Below, in pieces: positions 35,934-45,425 of a stretch of 53,810 bases of DNA. The stretch's first letter is position 1. Each line of letters opens with the position of its first letter. Location of the stretch: the IMG/VR virus record IMGVR_UViG_3300045284_000262, positions 1-53,810 of that record; one strand, written 5' to 3'. The notes under the pieces were generated by a model. The model saw nothing but the letters and a program-made list of their open reading frames with translations, did not search any database and was not told where the DNA came from. This DNA comes from a virus. Lineage: Duplodnaviria; Caudoviricetes. The position numbers and the translations under genes are program-made.

Positions 35934-37554
35934 GCTTTACAGTTTTGCCAATGATCCGCCTCTTGGACTTGGCAAATACCAACACCTCAAGAACTCGATT
36001 GACCTGGTTTGGAACAAGCACGTTCCCAACACCTACATCTGGAACGACTGGACTGAGTGGATGCAGCGCACGTTCGCTGAAAATCCATGGTGCACGGTCA
36101 CCGGGCCTGCCGCAAGCTGGAAAACCACCTCGGCGGGCATTTACGCCCTTTCCAAATACTATGCAAGCCCAAGAGACACCGTTGTCATCGTCACTTCAAC
36201 CACCCTTGACGGACTCCGTAGAAGGGTCTGGAAGGAAATCTCCCATTTCCACCGTCTTAGACCACTGTTTGGCCACATGGTTCAGTCCAGAAATTGCATC
36301 CAGTATCGTAAAGGCCACGATGACGCTGGAATTTTCGGACTCGCCACCGATAAGGGTGAAATTGACAAGGCAATCGGGAAAATCATCGGTTTCCATGCGC
36401 CAAACATGGTTGTGGTCGTGGATGAGATGCCGTATACGCCCGAAGCCATCGTGGAAAGCTGCGTCAACCTCGAAACCGGGGCAAAATCCTTCCAATTCAT
36501 CGGCTTGGGCAACGCTGACGACATGCTCGACCCCCACGGGCGCATGTCAGAGCCGAAAAACGGCTGGAACTCGGTGGACGTAGAAACCGACCAGTGGCAG
36601 ACCAAGCGGGGCGTCTGTATTCACCTGGACGGCCTCAAAAGCCCCAATATCACCGATAAAACCAAGAACTACCCCGGGCTTTTGACCCAGGGCGACATTA
36701 AGACCACGATTGACGTCTACGGGGTAGACAGCCCGCAGTTCTGGCAGATGAGGCGCGGGTTCTGGGCACCGGAGGGAATTTCAAAGACAGTCCTCTCCAT
36801 GCCCATGATAATGCGCTCAAACTCCTTTGAGGACTGTTCTTTCGACCAGGAAGTGATTCCCGTCGCAGGACTTGACCCCGCATTTGAAGGTGAAGACCGT
36901 TGTGTCCTCCGTTTCGCTAAGTGTGGCAAGGTAAACGGGAAGATGACCCTGCGCTTTGAAAGAAAGGTCTTTATCAAGGTCAAGGTCAAACCGGACGATC
37001 CAACGCATTACCAGATTGTCCGGCAAACCAAGGAGGCATGCAAGAATGAAGGAGTGGCACCTTATTATTTCGGACTCGACTCCACCGGAGAGGGTGGCGG
37101 TCTTGCATCTATCTTCCAGCGGGAATGGTCACGCGAAATTCTCTGTGTGGAGTTCGGAGGAAGGCCGAGTCGTAACCCGGTCAGTTCTACTAACTCGAAA
37201 CGGGCCGATGAAGAATACGACCGGCGCGTCACCGAGCTGTGGTTCTTCTTCCGGCTGCTCCTGCTTAACGAGCAAATCCGTGGGCTTGACCCCGAAAGCG
37301 CAATCGAGTTCTGCCGCAGGTGGTGGGAAATGCGGGGGAACTACATTTCCCTGGAGACGAAGGACAAAATGAGAGATCGCACCCGCAGAAGCCCGGACTT
37401 GGCTGACGCCGACGTCGTGACGGCGCAGGTGGCCGCGCAGCGGTGCAAACTTTCCCCTAACGACAGCTCCCACGCCGAGCCTCTCACTGATTCGCCCTGG
37501 AAACGCTTCCTGAAAAAACGCATGGTCTATGCCGAATACCTTGCTCAAACTTAA
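35890..37554 (+). CDS. terL: Terminase large subunit
   Basis: Walker A variant GPAASWKT, Walker B VVVDE, IGLGN, nuclease GLDPA..D, GLDSTG, RSPDLAD. Confidence 0.9.
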   Translation: MYGLNFRTTDQAAIELYSFANDPPLGLGKYQHLKNSIDLVWNKHVPNTYIWNDWTEWMQRTFAENPWCTVTGPAASWKTTSAGIYALSKYYASPRDTVVIVTSTTLDGLRRRVWKEISHFHRLRPLFGHMVQSRNCIQYRKGHDDAGIFGLATDKGEIDKAIGKIIGFHAPNMVVVVDEMPYTPEAIVESCVNLETGAKSFQFIGLGNADDMLDPHGRMSEPKNGWNSVDVETDQWQTKRGVCIHLDGLKSPNITDKTKNYPGLLTQGDIKTTIDVYGVDSPQFWQMRRGFWAPEGISKTVLSMPMIMRSNSFEDCSFDQEVIPVAGLDPAFEGEDRCVLRFAKCGKVNGKMTLRFERKVFIKVKVKPDDPTHYQIVRQTKEACKNEGVAPYYFGLDSTGEGGGLASIFQREWSREILCVEFGGRPSRNPVSSTNSKRADEEYDRRVTELWFFFRLLLLNEQIRGLDPESAIEFCRRWWEMRGNYISLETKDKMRDRTRRSPDLADADVVTAQVAAQRCKLSPNDSSHAEPLTDSPWKRFLKKRMVYAEYLAQT

Positions 37555-38167
37555 GGACACCTGGGGGCCGTGTCCCCCGGACGGGTTCAGGTATGTTTTC
37601 CCCGAGGACGGCTACGTCGTGCACGCCTGGGCCTACGTCGATTGGATACAATTCGCTCTAGGTCATCTTCAAGCGAACGAAGGATCGCCCCTCTTTCCCA
37701 GGCGTATAGAGCGTTCTGAACTGGAGGACAGGATGCAAGATCAGCTATGCCGAACTCTCCCTCCTGGCTGGTGCATGTATGATGATCCAGCACAGCCACG
37801 ACCTTCCACGGTGCTTTCATGGAACGATGTCGCTTCGGGGGTTAAGACGTTTGCCCGCTGGATTGTCAGGGGATGCAATTACGTCTCCCAGGGTGAAGCT
37901 GATCGCAGGGCCGAGATATGCTCCCGTTGTTACCTGAACGTTAATATCCAGGGCTGCTCCGGGTGCCAGGAAGCGGTTCAGGAAGTCGTCCGGGATAAAC
38001 ATTCCAAGTTTGATGGTGTGCTTAAAACCTGCGCTGTCTGTAAATGTTTTATACGTGCCAAGGTTCATTTCCCTATGGACACTCTTGACACACAGAGCGA
38101 TAAGGTGCAAGGAATGTACCCGGACTTCTGCTGGCTCAACAAGGAAAGCCCAAATTATCGTGGCTAA
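37529..38167 (+). CDS. Cys-rich Zn-binding protein
   Basis: RRAEICSRC..CSGC..CAVCKC..AKV..CW. Confidence 0.7.
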   Translation: MPNTLLKLKDTWGPCPPDGFRYVFPEDGYVVHAWAYVDWIQFALGHLQANEGSPLFPRRIERSELEDRMQDQLCRTLPPGWCMYDDPAQPRPSTVLSWNDVASGVKTFARWIVRGCNYVSQGEADRRAEICSRCYLNVNIQGCSGCQEAVQEVVRDKHSKFDGVLKTCAVCKCFIRAKVHFPMDTLDTQSDKVQGMYPDFCWLNKESPNYRG

Positions 38168-38399
38168 ACCAATCCTCATGTTCCGGATCGACATTGGGTT
38201 CGACCCGGATCGCGGTTACGCTGCCGTCCTTCTCGACATCCCCGCCCAGAAATCAAAAGGTGTCCGGGGTAACTCCATCCGGCAGTTGATGCGCCTGGTG
38301 GGCCAGGAAATCTGCACTACCGAGCAGGAAAAACGCCGCTTTCCCCTGGAGCACGAACGCAACGAGCCGCCCAGGATTATAACACCCAACGGTTTCTAA
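38160..38399 (+). CDS. Hypothetical protein, weak HicB N-terminal resemblance
   Basis: GTG 38160 after AAGGA; FRIDIGFDPDRGYAAVLLDIP..G.S. Confidence 0.5.
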   Translation: MAKPILMFRIDIGFDPDRGYAAVLLDIPAQKSKGVRGNSIRQLMRLVGQEICTTEQEKRRFPLEHERNEPPRIITPNGF

Positions 38400-38401
38400 C
38401 C

Positions 38402-41002
38402 ATGCTTGACGCAAACCCGGGCATAGCCACTCTCGACCCTGAAACCTTTCAACGTCCGGATTCGCGCATCGGCAACGCCCAGAACTGCCGCTCCCTGGTA
38501 AGCCGCCTCAAATATGAGGATGAAACCAGGATGTTCCGTTACACCAAGATTCAGGGACTCATGGACGGGAACCCGCCCTGGAACTCCCAGCTCCTTGCCG
38601 ACATCGGCCAGGGACACCGGGCAAACTTCAACCTGCGTGAAAGCGAAGGCATCGTGGAAGCGGCCAAGACGCCCTATTACGACCTGGTATTTGAGGTCGC
38701 TTCCTTTGCTTCCATCAAATGGAACGTGGAAGGGGCCGAACCGCATGTCGTTGAGGGCTGGAACGACATTGCCACCGAGGAATACAACGACCTTCTAAGC
38801 GGCTGGGACGGCTACGACCACCAAATCCAGCTGCACCAGTGGCAGATGGTCGTTAATGGCGTTGGGCCATTGTTCTGGCCGCATTACATCGGCTGGCACT
38901 CGGAAGCTACCAAGGCCCGCAAGGTGCTTGTTCCACAGGAAACAAAGGCCAACGTGGACGAGCTGGAGCTGTGCGTTGTGCTTCATTCCTATCGCGCCGA
39001 TGAGCTGGAAAGTTTTATCAAGAAAGGCGGCACCCGCGAGCCGACCGGGGACGGCTGGAACATTCCCCTTTGCGAGCAGGCCATCGTGGATTCAGCGCAG
39101 CGCGAGATGCGGCAAACCTTCGGCACCGAAAACTATGATCTCTACCAAAGGGCTATTCGCACTGGTGATCTCTTTCATGGCCTTCATCGTTCTAATCGAA
39201 TTTATGTTGCGTCGATGTTCGTCAAGGAGTTCGGCGGGAAAGTTTCACACTACATGGTGACTGACCAGAACATCGGAAGGGGCAATGAAACCTACGATAA
39301 CAGCGATGAGGAAGTCGGTTACCTGTTCAAGCGCAGGAACAAATTTGATTCTTTTGCCAACGTCATCTGTCCCTTCTTCTTCGACTCCGGCCCGGACGGC
39401 ACATGGCACGCGGTCAAAGGGCTGGGGCCGAAGATTTACGATTTCTGCGACGTCAGTAACAGAACATTCTGCCAGATGCTTGATGGCAGTGTCATCGGCA
39501 GCGGGATTACATTGGAATCCCAGGATGCCAACGCCATGGAGGAAACTCAGATAGCCCTGGTGGGTGGTGCCGCTGTAGTTTCACCGGGATACAAAGTTGT
39601 CCAGACAAGGATAGCGGAAAGCCTGGAAGGCGCGATGGCCATGCGTCGTGAGCTGCACGGCACTCTCCAGGCCAACACAGGCTCCTACCGCCAGAGAACC
39701 GATGACGCAGGCCAGCGGCCCGAGCCAACCCTGGGGCAAGCCGAGCTGGTGCAGCAGCAGCAGGGCATGCTGACCAAGGGAAGCACCAACCGCTACTACT
39801 CAAACCTCGACAAATGGCACCGGGAAACCCTTCGCCGCGTTCTTGACCCGGCCCAAAGCCCTTCCATCCCCGGTGGAAAAGAAGCCCTCGCTTTCAAGGC
39901 ACATTGCATCCTGCGCGGCATTCCTCCCCAGGTGCTCGATTTCCGGAACCTGAAACGCGTCATCTCCACCCGCTCAATCGGCTACGGGTCGCCACAATTG
40001 CGCGACATCGCCACCAGGGAATTGATTGGCCTCATTCCCTACATGGACGAGATAAGTCGTAACCACGCCCTCCGTGCGCGCGCTGCGGCCCTTCCTGGGA
40101 TCGGCATGCATTCGGTAGACGCCTTTTTCCCGCCCATCGAGAAAAGTGGCGTTCCTAACTCGCACGCAGCCCTGGCAGTCCTGGAAAACAACGCCCTACG
40201 GACTCAGGGCGGCAAAGCCCTGGTGGAACCGATGCAGAACCATTCCATCCATTTCGATGTGCACATGAAAGATGCCATGGAGCATGCACAGGCGGCAGGC
40301 GGCGGCCCCGATGGAGCAGGCGGCCAGCAGGCACCGCAGCCCGATGTCCAGTCTCCGCCCAACCAGGCCGCGCCTCCCACGGCTTCCATGCAGCCCGCCA
40401 ACCCCATGGAAGTCCTTATCCATTTGGAACAGGCCGGGCCTCACATGATGCAGCACCTCCAGGCTCTCAAGGGCGATCCTACCCGCAAGGACGAGGTAAA
40501 AGCCAAGAACCAGCAGCTCGATCAGCTGGGCAAAATCTCCGATCAGCTCCATCAGCAGGTCACTGAAGCCATGCAGGCGCAGGCCGAGGAACAGCCGCAG
40601 AACGGCCAGAACCCCATGCAAGACCCTGAGATGATCCCCAAGATGACCAAGGTGGCCGGGGAACTGAGGCTCAAAAAGGAGAAGATGGACGCTGACCATG
40701 AGCTGAAGGTCAGGAAACAGGATTTCAGTGAAGGGCTGGCCGACCGCAAGACCGCTGCCGGGATTCAGCGGGAAACGGCCAAGACAGGGTCAGCCCTTTC
40801 TACCGCACAGGCCGGTATGCAGATGGAGAAGGCCAAGACCGGCCAGAGCATGACCCTTGAACAGCTGCGCGCGCGCCAGGCCATGGCCGTTGAACGAGCC
40901 AAGACCAGTCATGGAATGTCGATTGCTGAACGCAAAGCCCGGCATGACGCCGCGCTGAAAGCGAGACAGGCAGCCCAGAAACCAAAGCCAGGCCAGGAAT
41001 GA
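38402..41002 (+). CDS. Portal protein
   Basis: 866 aa after terL, with a long Q-rich helical C-terminal barrel as in P22-like portals. Confidence 0.75.
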   Translation: MLDANPGIATLDPETFQRPDSRIGNAQNCRSLVSRLKYEDETRMFRYTKIQGLMDGNPPWNSQLLADIGQGHRANFNLRESEGIVEAAKTPYYDLVFEVASFASIKWNVEGAEPHVVEGWNDIATEEYNDLLSGWDGYDHQIQLHQWQMVVNGVGPLFWPHYIGWHSEATKARKVLVPQETKANVDELELCVVLHSYRADELESFIKKGGTREPTGDGWNIPLCEQAIVDSAQREMRQTFGTENYDLYQRAIRTGDLFHGLHRSNRIYVASMFVKEFGGKVSHYMVTDQNIGRGNETYDNSDEEVGYLFKRRNKFDSFANVICPFFFDSGPDGTWHAVKGLGPKIYDFCDVSNRTFCQMLDGSVIGSGITLESQDANAMEETQIALVGGAAVVSPGYKVVQTRIAESLEGAMAMRRELHGTLQANTGSYRQRTDDAGQRPEPTLGQAELVQQQQGMLTKGSTNRYYSNLDKWHRETLRRVLDPAQSPSIPGGKEALAFKAHCILRGIPPQVLDFRNLKRVISTRSIGYGSPQLRDIATRELIGLIPYMDEISRNHALRARAAALPGIGMHSVDAFFPPIEKSGVPNSHAALAVLENNALRTQGGKALVEPMQNHSIHFDVHMKDAMEHAQAAGGGPDGAGGQQAPQPDVQSPPNQAAPPTASMQPANPMEVLIHLEQAGPHMMQHLQALKGDPTRKDEVKAKNQQLDQLGKISDQLHQQVTEAMQAQAEEQPQNGQNPMQDPEMIPKMTKVAGELRLKKEKMDADHELKVRKQDFSEGLADRKTAAGIQRETAKTGSALSTAQAGMQMEKAKTGQSMTLEQLRARQAMAVERAKTSHGMSIAERKARHDAALKARQAAQKPKPGQE

Positions 41003-41304
41003 CGATAGAAGAATTTCGTTCCCACGAAACTTTGCCCGGGCAATGGGCCAAGGAACTTTCCACCAACGAGGTGCTGCGCGCCGTCCTTGGTTGCATGAAC
41101 GACAATCACCCGGCCCATTTCGCCATCCATGGTGACAAGAACGAGGACGTCTCTCCCGTGCGCGCCGGGATCGAGCTTGGTCTTACCCGGGGCTGGTTCA
41201 AATACTCCGACACATTGTTCCTTTTGGCCAAACGCAAGATGGCTACCCCAGGCGCAGGCCAGACCACCTACGAACCAGAATTGAAGGAGAAACAAAATGC
41301 CTGA
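40999..41304 (+). CDS. Hypothetical protein between portal and scaffold
   Basis: ATGA overlap; typical position. Confidence 0.7.
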   Translation: MTIEEFRSHETLPGQWAKELSTNEVLRAVLGCMNDNHPAHFAIHGDKNEDVSPVRAGIELGLTRGWFKYSDTLFLLAKRKMATPGAGQTTYEPELKEKQNA

Positions 41305-42535
41305 ACCAGTATTAGTCCCGCCAACGCCAACTATTAACCAGCCCAATGGCCCGGTGGATAATTCCCCCGGTCTTGAACAGGTGCAGCGCGCCTTTGACCA
41401 GGCTTACCCGGACTTAAGCAAGCCCAAGCCTAACGACACCACTCCGGTTCCTGCCGAAGAACCCAAACCAGCCACGACACCGCCCCCAGAGTCGCCACCG
41501 CCGCAAACACCACCAGAAGAACATAAAATCCCTTCATTTCTTGAAGATGCACTGAAGCCAGAGCCACCAAAAGTCGAAATTGCTGATCCTGAAGCGGATT
41601 TCCCGGATGATCTACCGCAGGAACAAAAAACCAGCCGCATCAAAGGTCTGCGTGAGGCGTATAAGAAACTCAAAACCGAAGTTCAGACCCTGCGTAACAC
41701 GCCCAATCGTGACCCGCAGGAACAGGCCAAGCTGCAATGGCTTGAAAACCAGAACAAGCAGATGGCCGAAGTGCTGTCCCGCGTTGGCGTGGAGCATTCA
41801 GCGGAGTTTCAGCAGAACATCATGCGTCCTTTGACTGCTTCCTGGAACGAGGCAGCGCGCATTGTCCGGGATTCCGGTGCCGACCCGCAGGAACTGGCCA
41901 AGGTGATGTCGCTTTCAGGCCGCGCGCAGTTTGAAGGGCTGGACAACCTCTTTTCCGACATGCCCGAGAGCGCAAAAGCCGAAGCGCATGACGCGCTGCG
42001 CGCCTATCGCCGCTTTGAGGCCGCTCGCCAGCACGCGGTAGCCAACGCCCCAAAGACCCTGGAAGCCATCCAGCAGCGTGAAACCGAGCGGCAATACCAG
42101 GAAGTGAGCAAGCAACGCTCTGAAATGCAGAATATGTTTGAGCGCGCCGTTACCAGGCTCCGGGACGAGGCCAAAGTTGAACTTTTCCAGAAAACCACCG
42201 ATCCAGAGGGCCAATGGTGGAACAAACAGGGTGAAGACCTGATCGAACAGGGCAGAAGCCTGTTTTTGGAGAACACCGACATGGACAAGGTCGCCCTGGC
42301 CTGTGTTCTGGCTCCTACCGCAGACGCTTACCGCAAGCTCTTTCTCACTTCCCAGAAAAAAGTGACTGAATTGCAGCAGTTCATCAAGGAAAGGATCGGA
42401 AACGAACCCAATTTGAGTGAAAGCAGCGGGAATGCGGGTGGCGGCCCGGCTGGTTCAATGAGTGAAGACCTTAAAAAGCCCTTTGCCGATGTGTTCCTGC
42501 GGGAATTTCACCGGGCACAGTCCAGGAACCGATAA
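41297..42535 (+). CDS. Capsid scaffolding protein (putative)
   Basis: Pro/Glu-rich N-terminus then long coiled coil; AAGGAG RBS; before MCP. Confidence 0.7.
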   Translation: MPEPVLVPPTPTINQPNGPVDNSPGLEQVQRAFDQAYPDLSKPKPNDTTPVPAEEPKPATTPPPESPPPQTPPEEHKIPSFLEDALKPEPPKVEIADPEADFPDDLPQEQKTSRIKGLREAYKKLKTEVQTLRNTPNRDPQEQAKLQWLENQNKQMAEVLSRVGVEHSAEFQQNIMRPLTASWNEAARIVRDSGADPQELAKVMSLSGRAQFEGLDNLFSDMPESAKAEAHDALRAYRRFEAARQHAVANAPKTLEAIQQRETERQYQEVSKQRSEMQNMFERAVTRLRDEAKVELFQKTTDPEGQWWNKQGEDLIEQGRSLFLENTDMDKVALACVLAPTADAYRKLFLTSQKKVTELQQFIKERIGNEPNLSESSGNAGGGPAGSMSEDLKKPFADVFLREFHRAQSRNR

Positions 42536-42540
42536 AAACC

Positions 42541-42729
42541 ATGCGTGACGGACTCTACGTGGTAAACAAGAAGGACATTACCGCAGCGTTCTGCGTCCGG
42601 GACGGAAAGATAACAGTCTGCGCCCCGATTCTCCGCAAGGAGATCGAATACTACAAGAAAATCGCCAAGTGGTATCCTACCGATACCTCTATATTGCCGG
42701 TAAAGGTGGCCGCACAGGCTTCTTCTTAG
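42541..42729 (+). CDS. Hypothetical protein
   Basis: 62-aa ATG ORF (GLY.V...A.F.V.DG....APIL). Confidence 0.6.
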   Translation: MRDGLYVVNKKDITAAFCVRDGKITVCAPILRKEIEYYKKIAKWYPTDTSILPVKVAAQASS

Positions 42730-42781
42730 GTCTGCGCCGAAGCACCTTGACTACCTTGGGATTTATTCCCTTCTTGGGCAT
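42689..42781 (-). CDS. Basic micropeptide (30 aa, MPKKGINPKVVKVLRRRPKKKPVRPPLPAI)
   Basis: Read manually; ATG 3 nt after the upstream antisense gene's stop. Confidence 0.35.
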   Translation of the reverse strand: MPKKGINPKVVKVLRRRPKKKPVRPPLPAI

Positions 42782-42784
42782 TCT

Positions 42785-43123
42785 TCAGTGCTTTTTGTCG
42801 TTCTTTTCCAGCGCGGTGATGATTTCGTCCTTGCGAGCGTCCCAGCTGACTTCCACTCCGCGCTCCTTGGCTAATTCCTTCAGGTCTGGCACCGTCATGG
42901 CCTCGTAGTCCTGCGTTTCCGGCTGATTGGCTGCTGCGGGATGCGCGGTGCCCGTTTTCTGTGACGCTTCAAGTGCCCTACTTCTCGGCGTGCCTTCAAG
43001 TTTGGCGTTTTCATCGGTGCGCTTGTTGGCGGCGGCAATGTTGATTTTCTCCATCTCGACTGCCGGGTTTCGCTGTCCGAGAGAGTCGATATGGAGTTCG
43101 TCCGACTTGGTTTGTGTGTGCAT
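42785..43123 (-). CDS. Rho-N/HeH (SAP/LEM-like) domain protein, antisense to the structural operon
   Basis: DYEAMTVPDLKELAKERGVEVSWDARKDEIITAL; ATG 43123 after GAAGG. Confidence 0.75.
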   Translation of the reverse strand: MHTQTKSDELHIDSLGQRNPAVEMEKINIAAANKRTDENAKLEGTPRSRALEASQKTGTAHPAAANQPETQDYEAMTVPDLKELAKERGVEVSWDARKDEIITALEKNDKKH

Positions 43124-43170
43124 AACCTTCAATCGAACATGAAAAAAGTTTCGGTTGCAAACAAAAACCG

Positions 43171-43199
43171 TTGACTCTACCCCGGGGAAGCCGTAAAAC
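43171..43199 (+). promoter_or_regulatory. Putative capsid gene promoter
   Basis: TTGACT-17nt-TAAAAC upstream of the structured leader. Confidence 0.5.
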
Positions 43200-43200
43200 G

Positions 43201-43382
43201 TTTCCTCGGATGCATTAAGGCACCTCATCCACGCCAGGGCGTTATCAGCGAGAAATAGTCCCGTTCTCAAACAGACGGCTGCATACCGGAAGCCAGCCAA
43301 CCGGAAAAAGGCTCAGTGCCTGTTCTATGTAGAACAGGGATTTCACCGGGCTTCAACTGTTTGAGAGAAAGGACTTACAAAA
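43201..43382 (+). ncRNA. Structured 5' leader of the major capsid gene (putative cis-regulatory RNA)
   Basis: Nested stems, including TCTCAAACAG/CTGTTTGAGA and AGTCC/GGACT covering the RBS. Confidence 0.55.
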
Positions 43383-44585
43383 ATGGCTTGCGATAACATC
43401 AAAAACGCTTTTTACGCTCTCACAGGACAGGTGTCTCCGCGTCTTTACAACCGCATTAGCATTAACGACCCCTGGGTTGCTTATGTCGAAAAGGGCGAGT
43501 GGCCCACCGGCATGGGTTTCACCATCAACTCGATGATGCTGGAGCGAACCCTGACTGACAGCGAGGACAACACCAAGTGGGTGGATGCAACGCCCTCAGG
43601 AAATCTGGATGTCGCCACGGCAAACAATAACTGTTTGCCCACACCGGAAATCCTTCAGTTCGGCCAGACGCTGACTCCCTTCACGATGCAGCGCAGAAAT
43701 ATCCAAACGGAAGATTTCTGTCTTAACGACCTGCAAAATGATTTCATGATCTCGCAGGTCTTGAGCAACGTGATGGATCAGCTCGAAACCGTCACTGAAT
43801 GGGTTTGGTCGAACAGGTTTCAAAATGAATACCTGCGACTTGCCGGTCATCACATCGTTGAAACTGGCACAGGGGCATTAGCGGATTCAGGCACCCGGTT
43901 CACGCCGGTTACCATTCCGACTACGGCCACCAGCAGACTGGTTCAGGGCACGCTTGAGCAAATCTATACCCAGCTCGTCCTTGACGGAGCTGTCGCCACA
44001 GCCGGTGCAATCGGCAAAGGAGCGAACGATCAGCCGATCTTCGCCCTCTTTACCGATGCAGTGACTTCCCGCGATCTAATTCGTCAAGACCCCGAGCTTC
44101 GGATGGATTTCCGATACGCTGATCCTGATAAACTCATCAATGCTCTGGGCACGCCTTACAGCTATAACGGCTACAAGCATGTCTGGATCAAGTTTCCGCC
44201 GCGTTACGACGCAGGCGGTACAAGGGTTTATCCTTATCTGCCTGTCACGGCGACCACCAAGGGATGGAAACGCGAGGTTAATCCGGCGTACATATACGCC
44301 AAGTTCCAGGTTAGCTTCGTGTTCATTCCCACAGTGTTTACCTGTCTGTATGAGCGGCCTTCTACTGCTCCTGGCGGTGGACTCAAGTTCGATTACGCTT
44401 CCCACATGGGCGAGTTCCAATTCCTTGTCATCACCGACAAGGCTTGTAACCCGCGTGGTGAACTCGGCTTCTTTGACGCGCTCTATGCGAGTGCCTCTCA
44501 GCCGGGCCAAACCTACCTGGGCTACGCCATCGCTCACTTGAACTGCCCTCCGCTGAGGGTTCCGAAGACCAGCTGTTACTCATAA
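43383..44585 (+). CDS. Major capsid protein (putative)
   Basis: 400 aa after the scaffold, with own promoter and AAAGGA RBS; assignment by size and position. Confidence 0.75.
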   Translation: MACDNIKNAFYALTGQVSPRLYNRISINDPWVAYVEKGEWPTGMGFTINSMMLERTLTDSEDNTKWVDATPSGNLDVATANNNCLPTPEILQFGQTLTPFTMQRRNIQTEDFCLNDLQNDFMISQVLSNVMDQLETVTEWVWSNRFQNEYLRLAGHHIVETGTGALADSGTRFTPVTIPTTATSRLVQGTLEQIYTQLVLDGAVATAGAIGKGANDQPIFALFTDAVTSRDLIRQDPELRMDFRYADPDKLINALGTPYSYNGYKHVWIKFPPRYDAGGTRVYPYLPVTATTKGWKREVNPAYIYAKFQVSFVFIPTVFTCLYERPSTAPGGGLKFDYASHMGEFQFLVITDKACNPRGELGFFDALYASASQPGQTYLGYAIAHLNCPPLRVPKTSCYS

Positions 44586-44588
44586 GAG

Positions 44589-44634
44589 TGTAGTTATGCG
44601 CCAGCATCAGAGATGGTGCTGGTCGATAACTACA
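44589..44634 (+). terminator. Long hairpin after the capsid gene (stabiliser/attenuator)
   Basis: TGTAGTTAT/ATAACTACA outer stem and CCAGCA/TGCTGG inner stem; no clear U-tract. Confidence 0.5.
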
Positions 44635-44640
44635 AACTTT

Positions 44641-45090
44641 ATGGCTGTAACAATCAAAGAATACATCGTGGTCTATTCCCAGGGGGAACTTGACCTGACA
44701 GAAGTCAACCAAAAGGCCGCCGAAGGCTGGGAGCTGGTAAACACAAATTCCCGCACAGGCCCGGTGGGGCAGGTTCAGACCGCCTTTATCATGGGAAGGA
44801 GCGCGGGCCAGAGTGAAACCGATGTGAAGGTCGGAGTGTTCACTGTTGGCGTTTCCAACAACACCATCATCATAAACAACCACGGCATGGTGAATGGAAC
44901 CATGGTGCGCTTCGCCCTTGGCACTGAACCGGAGAACGTGCTGCCTGCTCCTCTGGTGGAGGGCATTTATTATTTCGTGGTGAATGCGCGCGGGAATGAC
45001 TTCCAGGTGTCGCTCATCGCTGATGGCAGCCCGGTTGACATTACCAATCAGGGCGTCGGTGGAACCAACGAAGTCTGGAAGAAAGCATGA
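44641..45090 (+). CDS. Virion-associated protein with HG...G..V.F..LP..L..YF.V beta domain
   Basis: ATG 44641; C-terminal domain similar to the insert at 4464-4673. Confidence 0.65.
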   Translation: MAVTIKEYIVVYSQGELDLTEVNQKAAEGWELVNTNSRTGPVGQVQTAFIMGRSAGQSETDVKVGVFTVGVSNNTIIINNHGMVNGTMVRFALGTEPENVLPAPLVEGIYYFVVNARGNDFQVSLIADGSPVDITNQGVGGTNEVWKKA

Positions 45091-45425
45091 AACCCGCACC
45101 GGTCGATCTCCCTACAATCTGGCGGGGCTGCACCTGGGAGGCTGTCATTCTCAAATGGAAGGATCGCAACGGCCATCCCATCCCTCTTGGTGATTGGACG
45201 CCGGTCGCCACGACAGCCCAGTTCAGCCTGAATGCCAGGAAAACTCCTGACCAGACGAACCACCCCGGGGAAACCACGATGAGTCTCACCAAGGAACAGA
45301 CCACCGCCCTCAAGCTGGGCGTTCACCAGTGGAACTGGTTGTGGGTAAATGGTGACGGGACAATCCCGCCGCCGTTTCTGGCAGGCATCGTGGAAGTCAA
45401 AAACCCGGTCTTAAGTGCCTCATGA
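45087..45425 (+). CDS. Fibre-anchoring Ig-like (BppU N-like) protein
   Basis: TIWRGCTW...[21 protein letters not shown] pattern. Confidence 0.55.
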   Translation: MKPAPVDLPTIWRGCTWEAVILKWKDRNGHPIPLGDWTPVATTAQFSLNARKTPDQTNHPGETTMSLTKEQTTALKLGVHQWNWLWVNGDGTIPPPFLAGIVEVKNPVLSAS

